A DNA stretch of 63,974 bases, filler included, from Stramenopiles sp. TOSAG23-2 (lineage: Eukaryota): assembly GCA_900128395.1 (NCBI GenBank). It is 3 parts of 3 records of this genome, joined end to end, with 100 filler letters (N's around TTAATTAATTAA, not from the genome) between each part and the next. Parts side by side here need not be neighbours in the genome. Positions count along the whole stretch, not along the records: positions 44,814 to 63,974 come from LT649588.1; 2 more parts are not named here. One strand, 5' to 3'. A model generated the notes under the pieces. It saw only the letters and a list, made by a program, of their open reading frames with translations. It did no database searches and was not told the origin of the DNA. The position numbers and the translations under genes were made by a program. Below, piece by piece: positions 45,664 to 56,911 of this stretch. Every line of letters starts with the position of its first letter. Position 1 is the first letter of the stretch.

Positions 45664-48600
45664 TTAATTCAAAGCAGCATCTGTATTTTGAGCATCTTGT
45701 AATTTCTTCTTTGGTATTGAAGGCCCAATCAAAGCCTCTAATTGATTCCTCAGTTCAGCTGCTTCATTTGTTGCAGCTTCTTCTGCTTCATCATCATCAT
45801 CATCAAATGCTTGTATTGCCCTTTCATTAGCTTCAGCAATTTTTGCACGCAACTCATCAATGACCGCTTGATCAACTTTACCTGCTTCACTTTCCTTTTT
45901 CTTTTCTTCTATGGTTTTGATCAATGCTTTCTTTTGTTTTTTCAATGCTTTTGCTTGTGTACGTGCTGCCATCACTCCAGCATTATCGTTATTTGAAGAT
46001 GCGACTCTCATTACATTTTTGATATCCATAATTGCTTTTTCAATCTCAGCTAATTTATCCTCATCACTTAACTCCTCTTCTTCCGGTTTAGCAGGCTCAA
46101 AGCTCAAATCAACTGTTTTATATTCACCACTTCTTAACTTTTCTAAAATAATATTTTGTTCTCGTACTTGATATTGATAACCTAATTTTTCAAATTCCGA
46201 AATAACATTGACAATTGTCTCGATATCACCTTTCCATCTAGCAATTTCACATTTAAGAATTAAAACATCCATAGGTAAACATTCTAATTCTGTAGCATAT
46301 TGAAGTGATTCTTCTAATTTTTTAAATGTTGCTGCAAATGAACGATCAGCTAAGTGAAGTGTAATTCTTGCAACATATGCTTGCATTGAACATCGATACA
46401 CCCCTGGATTCATACTTGCAAATGAATTAATATTTGCACGGATTGTAATTAGCAACTTCTTCGTCGCTTCACTCGGTTCATGTACATCAAGACCCAAAAG
46501 TGCAATTATAACTGGAGAATGATATATCTCTATATGTGTCATAAATGGCATCATAATTGGATAACCTTTTGGCATTGCCATGAGCGTTTCCATATATGTC
46601 TTTACTTTGTTCCAATCACTTTCAACATATGCCGAATACATTGCGCCTCTAGTTAGGCCTATATACCCCATTTGATTTGTTGGAAATTTTTGTTGCGTAT
46701 TAGGAAACAACTCGCCCATATTTTGCAAATCTTCATATGATTTCCGCATCAGCTCCACATCTGCACGGACAACACCTGAAAAAAGCCGTGCAACCGTTTG
46801 AATTTCAAATGCAGTAGCTTTTTGATCAATGAGAGCTTCACTGTCAAAACGTACTTTACTGACACGATCTACAAAAAACAAATAACTTTTTACATCCGCT
46901 AATGAAAGCATTTGTAAAGATAAGTGATTGATATGATGTGTTATATCAAATGCAAATTTTAAGTTACCATCAATCATTGGCAAGATGTCTTTAAATCTTT
47001 GTAAAGAAGTTTGCACTGCTTCTGGGGCTAATGTTAAATAAGATGTAAATGCATTTCTTAATGACGTGGAGCGATATTGAGGCCTTAGTCTTGTAGATTC
47101 ACTTAAAAGAGTGCAACGACGAAATGTTCGTTGTACTTGCTCTGGGTGATTAAACAGCATCTTCATGTTATTCGCCATGGGCCAGAAGATATGGAGCAAT
47201 GTCCAGCTGTCAATATCATTTTGCTTATATGCATTTAGTAGTCCATAGTAACGATACCATTCTGATATATGTGCTAGATCTTCGGATGTTTCAATTCCAT
47301 ATTTGTCTTTCAATCCAGATCTAATTTCTGGAATCCACTCCATTTGATCAATAAGACAAACCGTGATTAATACTTTTGTTTTATCTATCTCAGAAAATGC
47401 CCCATCAACTTTTGTTGGAATATCACCAAGCTCTCCATATTCCCGCATCATTTTATCTAACGATATTTGCGATTTTTTTGTAGGAAGGAATTCTGGATCA
47501 TTCAATTGATGCAATGCTTCCCACATTGTACGAGCAGCAACCATTCTATCACCGTATGAATACCTGGCATACCCTAACAATGCCGTCCAATATGGAGTGC
47601 GCTTAGAACCTTTTTCCTTACTATAAGCTATTGCTTGACTTAATGAGTTTACACATTCCTTAAATGCCCCAATATCCCTGTATTATGATGAGGTATGGCA
47701 TAAATTTGTAAGAGGGAATGTGTTAGAAAATATATCTACTATAGGTGTGTAAGGAAATAGAATTTTACTTACAGAGCTTTAATTGCCGCATTGGTCAACA
47801 TATCACATCCACGTTCAACATCACCACTACGTAACCAATGAAAAGCTAGTACATCCATTTCATATTTAACTGATGAATTTTCATATTCCTCAACAATTGC
47901 TCGATGTACCTGTTGTCTTTGGGATTCCAACATTAAATTATGTGCACATTCTGTGATAATTTGATGTGTAAATTTCATCATTTTGCTAACAGATTCACCA
48001 GTCACAGCAACAACTAAACCACGTGCTGCTAATGTTTCCAATGTACTATGTAAATGTGTTAAATCTTGGGATGATAGAAATTGCGGTGCAACATTTACCA
48101 AATGGGCTTGGCGAAATTCAAAGCCAAAACATGCACATACTTTTATTAATACTTTTGCTTCTTCATCTAAGCTATCAATTCGTTCATGTACTGTATCCAT
48201 AATTGAACTTGGAAATTTAATTTGCTTAATATCACCAGTAAATAATATGTTTCCATTTTCATCTCTATTTACCAAATCACGTTCTTTTAACCAATTAGTC
48301 ATGGAGGATAAATACATAGGAATACCTCCAGCTTTTTGATCCATTAATTTGACAAAATCATCACTAACTTTATCAACATCAACATCTAATGTTTTACCAA
48401 TCAATGTCTTCATTGTCTCGTGATCCATTGTTCCTAATTCCATTAAAGTGATATTACTATTTTCCTTCAACGCTGCAAGAATTCTGGAAAATTTGATTCG
48501 ATCATCATCTTCTAACCATTCTTCTTCAATTTTTTCCTCCTTTGATTTCAGTGCTGCATCTGCACCTCCAGCTTTTTGTTGAGAAATCATATTTGGTGGA

Positions 48601-50672
48601 CGCGTTACAATCATAACAATGCTGTTGATACTCAATTGGGGCAAAACCATTTGCAGCATAAGCCACGATTGTGAATCAATCCAATGTGCATCTTCAAATA
48701 CAAATATTGTATTTTCCAAAGATTGAAAAATCTTCAAACAAACTTGTGCAGCGCGTGCTTCGAGGCGCCCATGGTCAATTTGTTTTCCAGTAGCATCAAG
48801 CTTGGCTAATTGTGGTAAAATGATACCAAGTGCATTTAAATCTTCCTCTTCCAATCCATGATTAAATTTCAGGGCAAGAACTTCACCATACGATGGGGAC
48901 GTGGATAAATTTGCTGCAGCTGTTAAAATTTGACTAAATGCAAAATATGGAGTTTGTTTTTCAATTGCAGATCCGGTTCCCATTAAAAAACGAACATTGT
49001 CATCAATCGCCTCTCGTTGCAATTGCCATACAATGGCACTTTTACCCATACCAGCTAAACCTTCTAAAATATAAGCACTGCCTTTTTTTTCCTCTAACAT
49101 TGCTTTTAAACCAGCACGAAGTTTTGTCATCTCCGTTTCCCGACCGACAAATACACCTTTATCTAATTCATCTTGATTTTTATGACGCACCGCACCAGCT
49201 CTTCTTCCATATGGACATAGCGCGCGAAATACGCCATCTTTTCCTTTCACTTCAATCGGATTCGACATATCATAACCTATATAATTCTGCGTAGCATTGT
49301 ATACACGTTCACTGACTAATATTTTACCAAGTGCAGCTTTTCCCATCAATCGAGCTGCCATATTTGTCTCAGCACCCATCACCACAAAATCACAACGTGA
49401 TGGATGACCACATATGCCAGTAAAACATTGTCCCATTGAAATACCAATTTTACAAGGGGTACTAAGAGAGGAACATGCAGAGGAGGCTTCTAATGCAAAT
49501 AGCACCGCTCTTAAAGCATCTACTTCAGTGATACGTGTTATACCAAAGCATGCTATTAATGTACATCCTTTATCTTCAAATAAAAAATCACGCATTTGGC
49601 CTTCAAATTTAGCAAGGACAGAACGTAATGCAGAATATACATCGTTTAAGTTGGATTCATTTACACCTTGTGATGTTGTCGATTCTTTGGCAAGGTTCGG
49701 CAATGATAGAAAGACTATTACTACTCGTCTCCGCTCGTTTTCAAATCTTGCATTACCGCCTTTAGCACGCACAATTGGTGGCAGATATGCGGATGCTATT
49801 TCAGGACATTGCGCAAGTTCTGATGTATATGTATCAATCATAGTTCCACGCTTTGATACGCGTTTTTGCATTTGCTCTTCATTCTCTTCCTCATCATTAA
49901 TATCTTCGTAATTTGTTTCTCGAGTTAATGTAAGTCCCCCATAAACTTTAATAGTTCCAGCTTTTGCTCTATCAAGTAGCCCAGCAGCGATTTTCAATGG
50001 TCTTCCAGCAATTAAAAACCACCGTTGTTTACGTCTTTCAAATTCAGCTCTTGACATGGTTGTTTCATCATGTTTCTTCATGCGTTGCCTGGCTGTATTT
50101 GATCTGGGAGATGACCCACGCAATTCTTTTAAATGCAACCGTTGCAAAGTTCCAGAGCCAGCTAATCCACCGTGGAGATCAAGGTCTTCATTACAAGTCT
50201 TAATAATTTTTAACATTTCAAGTGAACATTCTTTTGCACGTTCAAATGATTTTTCATCGCCTCGATCTTCTGGATCTGTTGGTATGGCACCAAAAACGCA
50301 TATTAAGCAATCACCAGCTATTTTCACCACTTCACCTTCATAACGGTGTGTAACATTGACTAATGCAGATATTGCAGTTGACATTTGTGCAGCAAATTCT
50401 TCTGCACCTTTTGCATCGCCATACTCCTTTGTAAGCTTTTCCCCTAATGCAGTAAATCCAGAAATGTCAGCGAGTAACAAACATGCTTCCACAAGCTCTT
50501 TACTTGGAGCATCCGGGAGTCTTTTTTTCTTTGTTATTTCCAGTCTAACACTTCTTGGAATAAGCCCCGCATTCTTCATAGACATATATGTTGTAATTGT
50601 TTCTGTTGTATTTACCACATTTTCACTTCCACCAGGTAAGGATAAGCCAACTTCATATTTTGTATCAGCCAT
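45664..50672 (-). CDS. ADCY10: Soluble adenylyl cyclase (ADCY10-like): two class III cyclase domains, STAND P-loop NTPase and helical repeats; exons 50672-47773, 47677-45664
   Basis: LLADISGFT, IAGDCL, FEDKGCT, NMAARLM; Walker A GLAGMGKS, Walker B FEDAHWID; GGIPMY, FTHQII; in-frame GT-AG intron 47678-47772. Confidence 0.88.
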
Positions 50673-51180
50673 TATTTTTTATTTACGTTTTTTTTTATTT
50701 TGATATGTATAATATTTGTATCTTAGAATTTAATTTAACAAAGAAATGCTTTCGTTTCTATTATTTTTCCATTTGCTTTTGTGTGGTATATGAATATATA
50801 TATATTCAATATTCATACCACCCACAACAACAGTTTACCTGTGTGACATAGCTCTACATTATTAGCAGGTATTTACAAGGCGACAACATATTGTTTCCAA
50901 CAGCTATTATAGTTAGAATAGTAGTATGGCTATATCATAGAATTATTGCTATCACCATAGCATTCTAATAAGCTCTCACACAATCGTCATAAAAGCAGGA
51001 ATTGACACACCTCACATCTCACAAACAAAAACAGGGGGATTATTGTCACATTTATTAAATTAAAAATATGTACAGATTAATCAAATTAATACAAAAGAAG
51101 AAATATACAATACAATTTAAATGGGTATAACATTTAAAGAGAAAGTACAGATATATATATACATATATATATTAAATAAA

Positions 51181-52857
51181 ATGAATTTATTATTATTTAT
51201 TTTATGTATAATTGTTGTATTTATTACAAATGTGATATTAAGCAATGGAAAAATATTAAATAATAATAATAACAAGAAAAATTATAATCATGTGATAGAA
51301 TATAATGCAGATGATAAGACAAATAGACAACGATATAATAGGAATGACAATAATAGACAGAGATATTCTCGTAAAAAAGGTGAAAAGAACAAGTTTCAAT
51401 TTGATAACGAGGAACGAAGAATGAAGCGAAGCAATTTGTTAAATGCTGCTAATGATAAGGAACTAGAATCATTGCAAGATGTTGCATCGGTTTCCTTTTT
51501 ACAACGAAAAGAGCAAATTACACATAGAAAAGGTGGAAAAGGGGGAAGTAGTGGTAGTGCATCTCAAACAACTGCAAGTGCCTCGTCCAGTAAATCTGGT
51601 GGTGGTAGTAGTGGAAGTAAATCTGGTAGTGGTGGAACCTCTAAAAGTGGTAGCAGCGGATCCTCCAAAAGCGGTACCAGTAGTAGTGGTGGATCCTCTA
51701 AAAGCGGTGGATCTTCTAAAGGTGGTAACACCAAAGGAAATAATAAATCAGGTGCATCATCAAAATCTGGATCTAATAAAAAAGCTGCGGCATCAAAAGC
51801 AAAAAAAAGTGCAGCACAATCGAAAAAATCTAGTGATAAAGCAGCTAAGGCAAATAAAAAATCATCAGATGCCAAAGCTAAATCATCAAAAAAGTCTAGT
51901 GATAAAGCAGCCAAAGCTTCAAAAAAATCTAGTGATAAAGCAGCAAAGTCTGCAAAGAAGTCTTCTGATAAAGCAGCAAAGTCTGCAAAGAAGTCGTCCG
52001 ATAAAGCAAAAAAAAGTGCAGCACAAGCAAAAAAATCTAGTGATAAAGCAGCTAAGGCAAATAAAAAATCATCAGATGCCAAAGCTAAATCATCAAAAAA
52101 GTCTAGTGATAAAGCAGCCAAAGCTTCAAAAAAATCTAGTGATAAAGCAGCAAAGTCTGCAAAGAAGTCTTCTGATAAAGCAGCAAAGTCTGCAAAGAAG
52201 TCGTCCGATAAAGCAAAAAAAAGTGCAGCACAAGCAAAAAAATCTAGTGATAAAGCAGCTAAGGCAAATAAAAAATCATCAGATGCCAAAGCTAAATCAT
52301 CAAAAAAGTCTAGTGATAAAGCAGCCAAAGCATCAAAAAAATCATCCAAGTCATCATCGAAAGGAGGTGGTAGTCTATCTGAAAAAATAAAAAAAGGAGA
52401 AGATAAAGCTAAATTTACACTTTGGGAAGCGGAAACTGCAGATAAAATAACGCATCAAAATCCTGAAAGCGGTAGTAAAAGTAACAATGGTAATGGCCTA
52501 GGAGGAGGCTTTAAAATTCCACTTGGTAAAGATGTTAAACATGTACGTAATGGGAAACCACATGAAGATCACCTTTGGGGTGGTGTTGAAGTATATAAAT
52601 ATCATAGAAGCGATTTAGAGCGCGATTCAGAGTTGTACATACCAGCAAGTGTAAAAGGGATATGGAAACATAATAAACCAAGTTTATATGATGTTGGTGT
52701 GCCTATGGCACAAAAGTCGGGTCCTGAAAATGGTGGGCAACCAGAAGCGGAAGTGAAAAAACAATTAAATGGAATGCCATTAGATGTTGCTCCAGCACCA
52801 ATAAACCCACCAAATTACGAATCTACAGCTGTAGGAGACGGGGAGATGGAATCGTAG
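51181..52857 (+). CDS. Secreted Ser/Lys/Gly/Ala-rich repeat protein (silaffin-like composition)
   Basis: Signal peptide MNLLLFILCIIVVFITNVILS; VSFLQ motif; SSKSGG tract; (KKSSDKAAKxx)n; non-repetitive C-terminal domain. Confidence 0.75.
   Translation: MNLLLFILCIIVVFITNVILSNGKILNNNNNKKNYNHVIEYNADDKTNRQRYNRNDNNRQRYSRKKGEKNKFQFDNEERRMKRSNLLNAANDKELESLQDVASVSFLQRKEQITHRKGGKGGSSGSASQTTASASSSKSGGGSSGSKSGSGGTSKSGSSGSSKSGTSSSGGSSKSGGSSKGGNTKGNNKSGASSKSGSNKKAAASKAKKSAAQSKKSSDKAAKANKKSSDAKAKSSKKSSDKAAKASKKSSDKAAKSAKKSSDKAAKSAKKSSDKAKKSAAQAKKSSDKAAKANKKSSDAKAKSSKKSSDKAAKASKKSSDKAAKSAKKSSDKAAKSAKKSSDKAKKSAAQAKKSSDKAAKANKKSSDAKAKSSKKSSDKAAKASKKSSKSSSKGGGSLSEKIKKGEDKAKFTLWEAETADKITHQNPESGSKSNNGNGLGGGFKIPLGKDVKHVRNGKPHEDHLWGGVEVYKYHRSDLERDSELYIPASVKGIWKHNKPSLYDVGVPMAQKSGPENGGQPEAEVKKQLNGMPLDVAPAPINPPNYESTAVGDGEMES
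51796..52345 (+). repeat. Coding tandem repeat: 207-bp unit x about 2.6, built from 33-bp subunits
   Basis: gcagctaagg recurs at 51841, 52048 and 52255. Confidence 0.9.
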
Positions 52858-53003
52858 AAGAAAAAAGTGTGTGATGTGTATGATATGATAATATAATTAT
52901 ATTTAAAAAAAAGAAAAACATGCATATATATATATATTCTACGAATGTTTTTAGAAAATATTACACAAATTACAAATTCGAATCAATAATCATTAAATCC
53001 TCT

Positions 53004-55025
53004 CTACAACTTCGATTGTGGTTGTTTCTTTCTTTTTCTATCCACTGGTTGTGCCCCAACAGCAGGTTCCTCCCAGAAATCGAAAACATATTGACCATCT
53101 ACAGCCCATCTCTGTTTTTTACCTGCATGGGAAATTGCAACCCATGGATTCTTTCCATTCGAATCTAACGTATCCCACGGTGGCAATTGTTCTTGTTTAT
53201 ATTGTTCCAATATGCTTTGTATTTCTTTCGCTTTTTCAGGCATTTTGTCATACAAATTATTTTCTTCAAAAGGATCTGTTTCTAGATCAAATAAAAACTT
53301 TGTAGTTACTTTTGAAATATCAGTGACCTCACCAATACGGTATTGACGTTGGTTTGTATTTGGCATACGAAGAATCTCAGGATCATTAGCATATCGTAAA
53401 TTAACATTAGCACTATTGCCAGCACCAATTTTCCAGACAGGTGTGTGAAGTGCAAGTGTTGGATCTGCACCAAACCATTCATCCCTTCCAGTCAAACCTT
53501 CGATATATTTAAATTTACCAACTCGTATTGCTGCATGGGCATTTGTCGCACCAACATCGTTTCTTCTCACTTTTTTATCGGATGGATTTTTAGCTGCTTT
53601 TTCTAATTTTTTTAACGCTTCGCTTCGTGATCTCATTGTTTCGCCTGGAATTCGTTTATATGGGTCACACGCAAGTAACATTACGTCCCTATTGGATTTT
53701 TTACTACCGCTAATCAATGAATTCCAAAATGAAATCCCATCCAATTCCTTATTAGGCAATCTCATTTTATTCACCAACATTTCTCTTAATGTTGGAAATA
53801 TATCAGTTACGTGCGCTACGCCATCGAAACTGCTACCGCGTATGGAATCTGGCAATGCATTTACACCGCCAGATATAAACGCCGGCACTCTTACACCACC
53901 TTCCCATGGAGTAGATTTTGTACCACGTAATGGATAATTCGATGCTGCTTGTGTTACTTGTCCACCATTATCTGCAAATAAAATCATTAATGTATTTTCC
54001 CACATATTGTTTTTCGATTTTAGCTTTTCAACAACTCGTTGAATAGTATCATCTAAATGAGACATCATGCCAGCAAAACCACGTCTTTGATAATTGCGTA
54101 TATGCATATTACGATTGATATATTCTTCATGATCTTGTGTTGGCATATGTGGTGCTTGAAATGGCATATATAAAAACAATGGCTGCTTTGCATTAGTATC
54201 ATCATGCGCTTCAATGATTTTCAAAGCAAATTCTTCCGTTGTTGTTGTACTGTGTATTCCATGTTTATCAAAAATGTGATTGTGTGTATAAATACCATTC
54301 ACATATTTATCATGATGAAAATCTAAATATTTTCCTACAGTATGATTCCAATGATCACCTGCACCCATATATGGTCCGTAAAATTCATGAAAACCACGTC
54401 CTACTGGACTATATTTACGATACCCGTGTCCTAAATGCCATTTTCCTGTTGCAGCAGTGTAATATCCAATCTCTTGCAATAGTTCTGGAAAATATGCTTC
54501 ATCCTCTGGTACCCATGTTGGATGCATTGGAGTTGCTACAGAGTGTTGCCCTCTCCAACGTATAGGATAACGCCCTGTCATTAAAGCACCACGTGTTGGT
54601 GAACAAATTGGTTGTGTATAAAACGATGTCAAACGTACACCTTCATCCATTAATTTTTCCATATATGGTACACGTGGGCTTAACTTTGCATATTTTGAAA
54701 AACTGCCTAAATCATTATAACCAACATCATCTAGAACAACTAATAAAATGTTTGGTAGTTTCTTTTCCGAATTTCCATTTGATAAAGATGTTCCACTTGT
54801 TTTAGAATTTACTAACATTGGCAATGGTTGTTGTTGTTGCTGTTGTTGTTGTACATTTGATGAGTCAACATTATTATTTAAGACATTGTTATTATTAACA
54901 TTAACATTGCATTGGATATCATTATTATTATTTATAAGAGTCATTCTACCGGCTAAAGTAAATAATACATTATTGTTATTGATAATTATCATACATAATA
55001 AAACTGAAATGCATCTTAATTTCAT
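53004..55025 (-). CDS. Arylsulfatase B-like S1 (formylglycine) sulfatase, secreted or lysosomal
   Basis: PNILLVVLDDVGYND, CSPTRGALMTGRY, GKWHLG, QAPH, ADNGG, RGTKSTPWEGGVRVP, LFDLETDPFE; signal peptide. Confidence 0.93.
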   Translation of the reverse strand: MKLRCISVLLCMIIINNNNVLFTLAGRMTLINNNNDIQCNVNVNNNNVLNNNVDSSNVQQQQQQQQPLPMLVNSKTSGTSLSNGNSEKKLPNILLVVLDDVGYNDLGSFSKYAKLSPRVPYMEKLMDEGVRLTSFYTQPICSPTRGALMTGRYPIRWRGQHSVATPMHPTWVPEDEAYFPELLQEIGYYTAATGKWHLGHGYRKYSPVGRGFHEFYGPYMGAGDHWNHTVGKYLDFHHDKYVNGIYTHNHIFDKHGIHSTTTTEEFALKIIEAHDDTNAKQPLFLYMPFQAPHMPTQDHEEYINRNMHIRNYQRRGFAGMMSHLDDTIQRVVEKLKSKNNMWENTLMILFADNGGQVTQAASNYPLRGTKSTPWEGGVRVPAFISGGVNALPDSIRGSSFDGVAHVTDIFPTLREMLVNKMRLPNKELDGISFWNSLISGSKKSNRDVMLLACDPYKRIPGETMRSRSEALKKLEKAAKNPSDKKVRRNDVGATNAHAAIRVGKFKYIEGLTGRDEWFGADPTLALHTPVWKIGAGNSANVNLRYANDPEILRMPNTNQRQYRIGEVTDISKVTTKFLFDLETDPFEENNLYDKMPEKAKEIQSILEQYKQEQLPPWDTLDSNGKNPWVAISHAGKKQRWAVDGQYVFDFWEEPAVGAQPVDRKRKKQPQSKL

Positions 55026-56850
55026 TGTAGTTTTCTTCTAATACATACGTTGCAGATGGCCTTTCCAATCTACTTGACCACATTTTAGTCAATAATAATT
55101 TCAATTCCTCTGGCAATTCCTCCGGTAACGATGGTCTTAATCCTTTTTTAATTTCATCAGAAAGCAATTCATTTGATAAATGATCAAACTCATCAAATGG
55201 AACACGCCCAGTCAATACTTCATATAAAACAATACCCAAGGAATAAACATCACTGCCTAAACTATGAATACCATTATGTGTTACTTCGGGTGCACCCCAC
55301 AATACGGTAAATCCACTATATGCACCACTACTTCGTCGATAATTGTTATCATTTCCACCACCACCAGTATAAACACCACTAGCCTCTCTACGACTGCAAC
55401 CTAAATCACTTATTTTAACTTTAATTTTATCAAAATCATTTGGATGATGTACTAAAAAATTCATTGATTTCACATCACCATGCAATACATACGGATTTAA
55501 CGTATGCAAAAATGCAATTGCTTTAGCGCATTCTATTGATATTTTCAATCGTTGATTCATATTGAATTTTTTCCCTTCTGTTGAATGTAAACAATCATAT
55601 AAAGAACAATCCATACATTCCATTACTAAACATATAGCTGGTGGTATAACACAAACACCTTTTACTTTCACAACGGTGCTATGTCGTAAACCACTATGTA
55701 TTTTGATTTCCTTGAAAAATCTACGAACGACATCTTTCGTTAAATCTATACAAAAAAGCATTTTAACAGCTACGTCTTGTCCTTTATATTTACCTTTATA
55801 TACACGTGAACTTCCACCATGGCCCAAGATGGATCCTTCTGGAACATTTAAATATGCAAAATTTAATGTTTCAACTTTACCACCATGACGCAATGAATCC
55901 AATCCTAACGCCACCTCTGTTGCAGATTCTCGCCTTAAAGAGGTACCTAATAATGGCCCACGTATGCTGCTCATTCCACCAGTCATCCATTCCTCCGTTA
56001 ACGTTCCTTGCCAAAATTGGGAATCTTGCCTTAACGTTATATACATTACAAATGGAACGGCCATTGTAAATAATACGTCAAATCCTAATGTTTCAAAACA
56101 TATGCCAAAATCATATTGATAATATTCCAACACTTCACTAACTACGACAATACAACGTGTTACGCTCCAAAAAATGGCATATCCAATTAATGCCGGGCGT
56201 CTATATAACCATCCATATGGAACCAACCAACATATTAAATAAAATATGAACACAACGCCATAAAAAGATACATGTACATAAAAATCGAATGTTGTTCCAG
56301 GTTGAATGAATGAAAGTATATATGACACGGCAAACACAACGCAACCCCAGACTATTGCAATAGCTCCAGTTATTTTAAACGCTCTCGTACCCATAGAGCT
56401 TTGTAAGAGCATGATAACAAGGCCTTCTAATACAGCATGTTCAAAACCATATATAACACCAATAAATATGTTTTCTGCCGTACTTCCTTTTTGAAAAATT
56501 GGTACATTTGGATTGTTTTCTAACGCATAGTTTATAATAGGCAAAACAACGTTTAATAAAACACACGTAGTACATATAAAATAATATGTATATAAATGTA
56601 CAGGTAATAAAATTGATGATAAACGTGCAGTTTCAACACCTTTTCTAGCTAAACGTTGTTGGTATCGTACCCAAATCACAATCATGAAAAAGAATAACAT
56701 TTGCATGCAGTTTGCAGTATTATGCAACGAGAAAAATGGATTGTTAAATAATTGATAATAATAAATATCTTTACAAAAATGTTCATTTGTTACGTCGTTA
56801 TTTTGCAACGGTGTTGTTGCTAACGATGGTGTAAATAGTAATGGTTTCAT
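54976..56850 (-). CDS. Seven-TM domain fused to a tyrosine-kinase-like (TKL) kinase
   Basis: Seven hydrophobic segments, then GHGGSSRV, VAVK, HGDVKSMN, SDLG, WGAPE, SDVYSLG, RPSA. Confidence 0.88.
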   Translation of the reverse strand: MKPLLFTPSLATTPLQNNDVTNEHFCKDIYYYQLFNNPFFSLHNTANCMQMLFFFMIVIWVRYQQRLARKGVETARLSSILLPVHLYTYYFICTTCVLLNVVLPIINYALENNPNVPIFQKGSTAENIFIGVIYGFEHAVLEGLVIMLLQSSMGTRAFKITGAIAIVWGCVVFAVSYILSFIQPGTTFDFYVHVSFYGVVFIFYLICWLVPYGWLYRRPALIGYAIFWSVTRCIVVVSEVLEYYQYDFGICFETLGFDVLFTMAVPFVMYITLRQDSQFWQGTLTEEWMTGGMSSIRGPLLGTSLRRESATEVALGLDSLRHGGKVETLNFAYLNVPEGSILGHGGSSRVYKGKYKGQDVAVKMLFCIDLTKDVVRRFFKEIKIHSGLRHSTVVKVKGVCVIPPAICLVMECMDCSLYDCLHSTEGKKFNMNQRLKISIECAKAIAFLHTLNPYVLHGDVKSMNFLVHHPNDFDKIKVKISDLGCSRREASGVYTGGGGNDNNYRRSSGAYSGFTVLWGAPEVTHNGIHSLGSDVYSLGIVLYEVLTGRVPFDEFDHLSNELLSDEIKKGLRPSLPEELPEELKLLLTKMWSSRLERPSATYVLEENYNEIKMHFSFIMYDNYQ

Positions 56851-56875
56851 AATTTTATTATTCTATTTATAAATA

Positions 56876-56911
<36 letters not shown>

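Noticed and set aside
51479-52390. Overlapping 303-aa (+) and 261-aa (-) ORFs as dual-coding genes
   Set aside because: Stop-free alternative frames are expected from a low-complexity tandem repeat.
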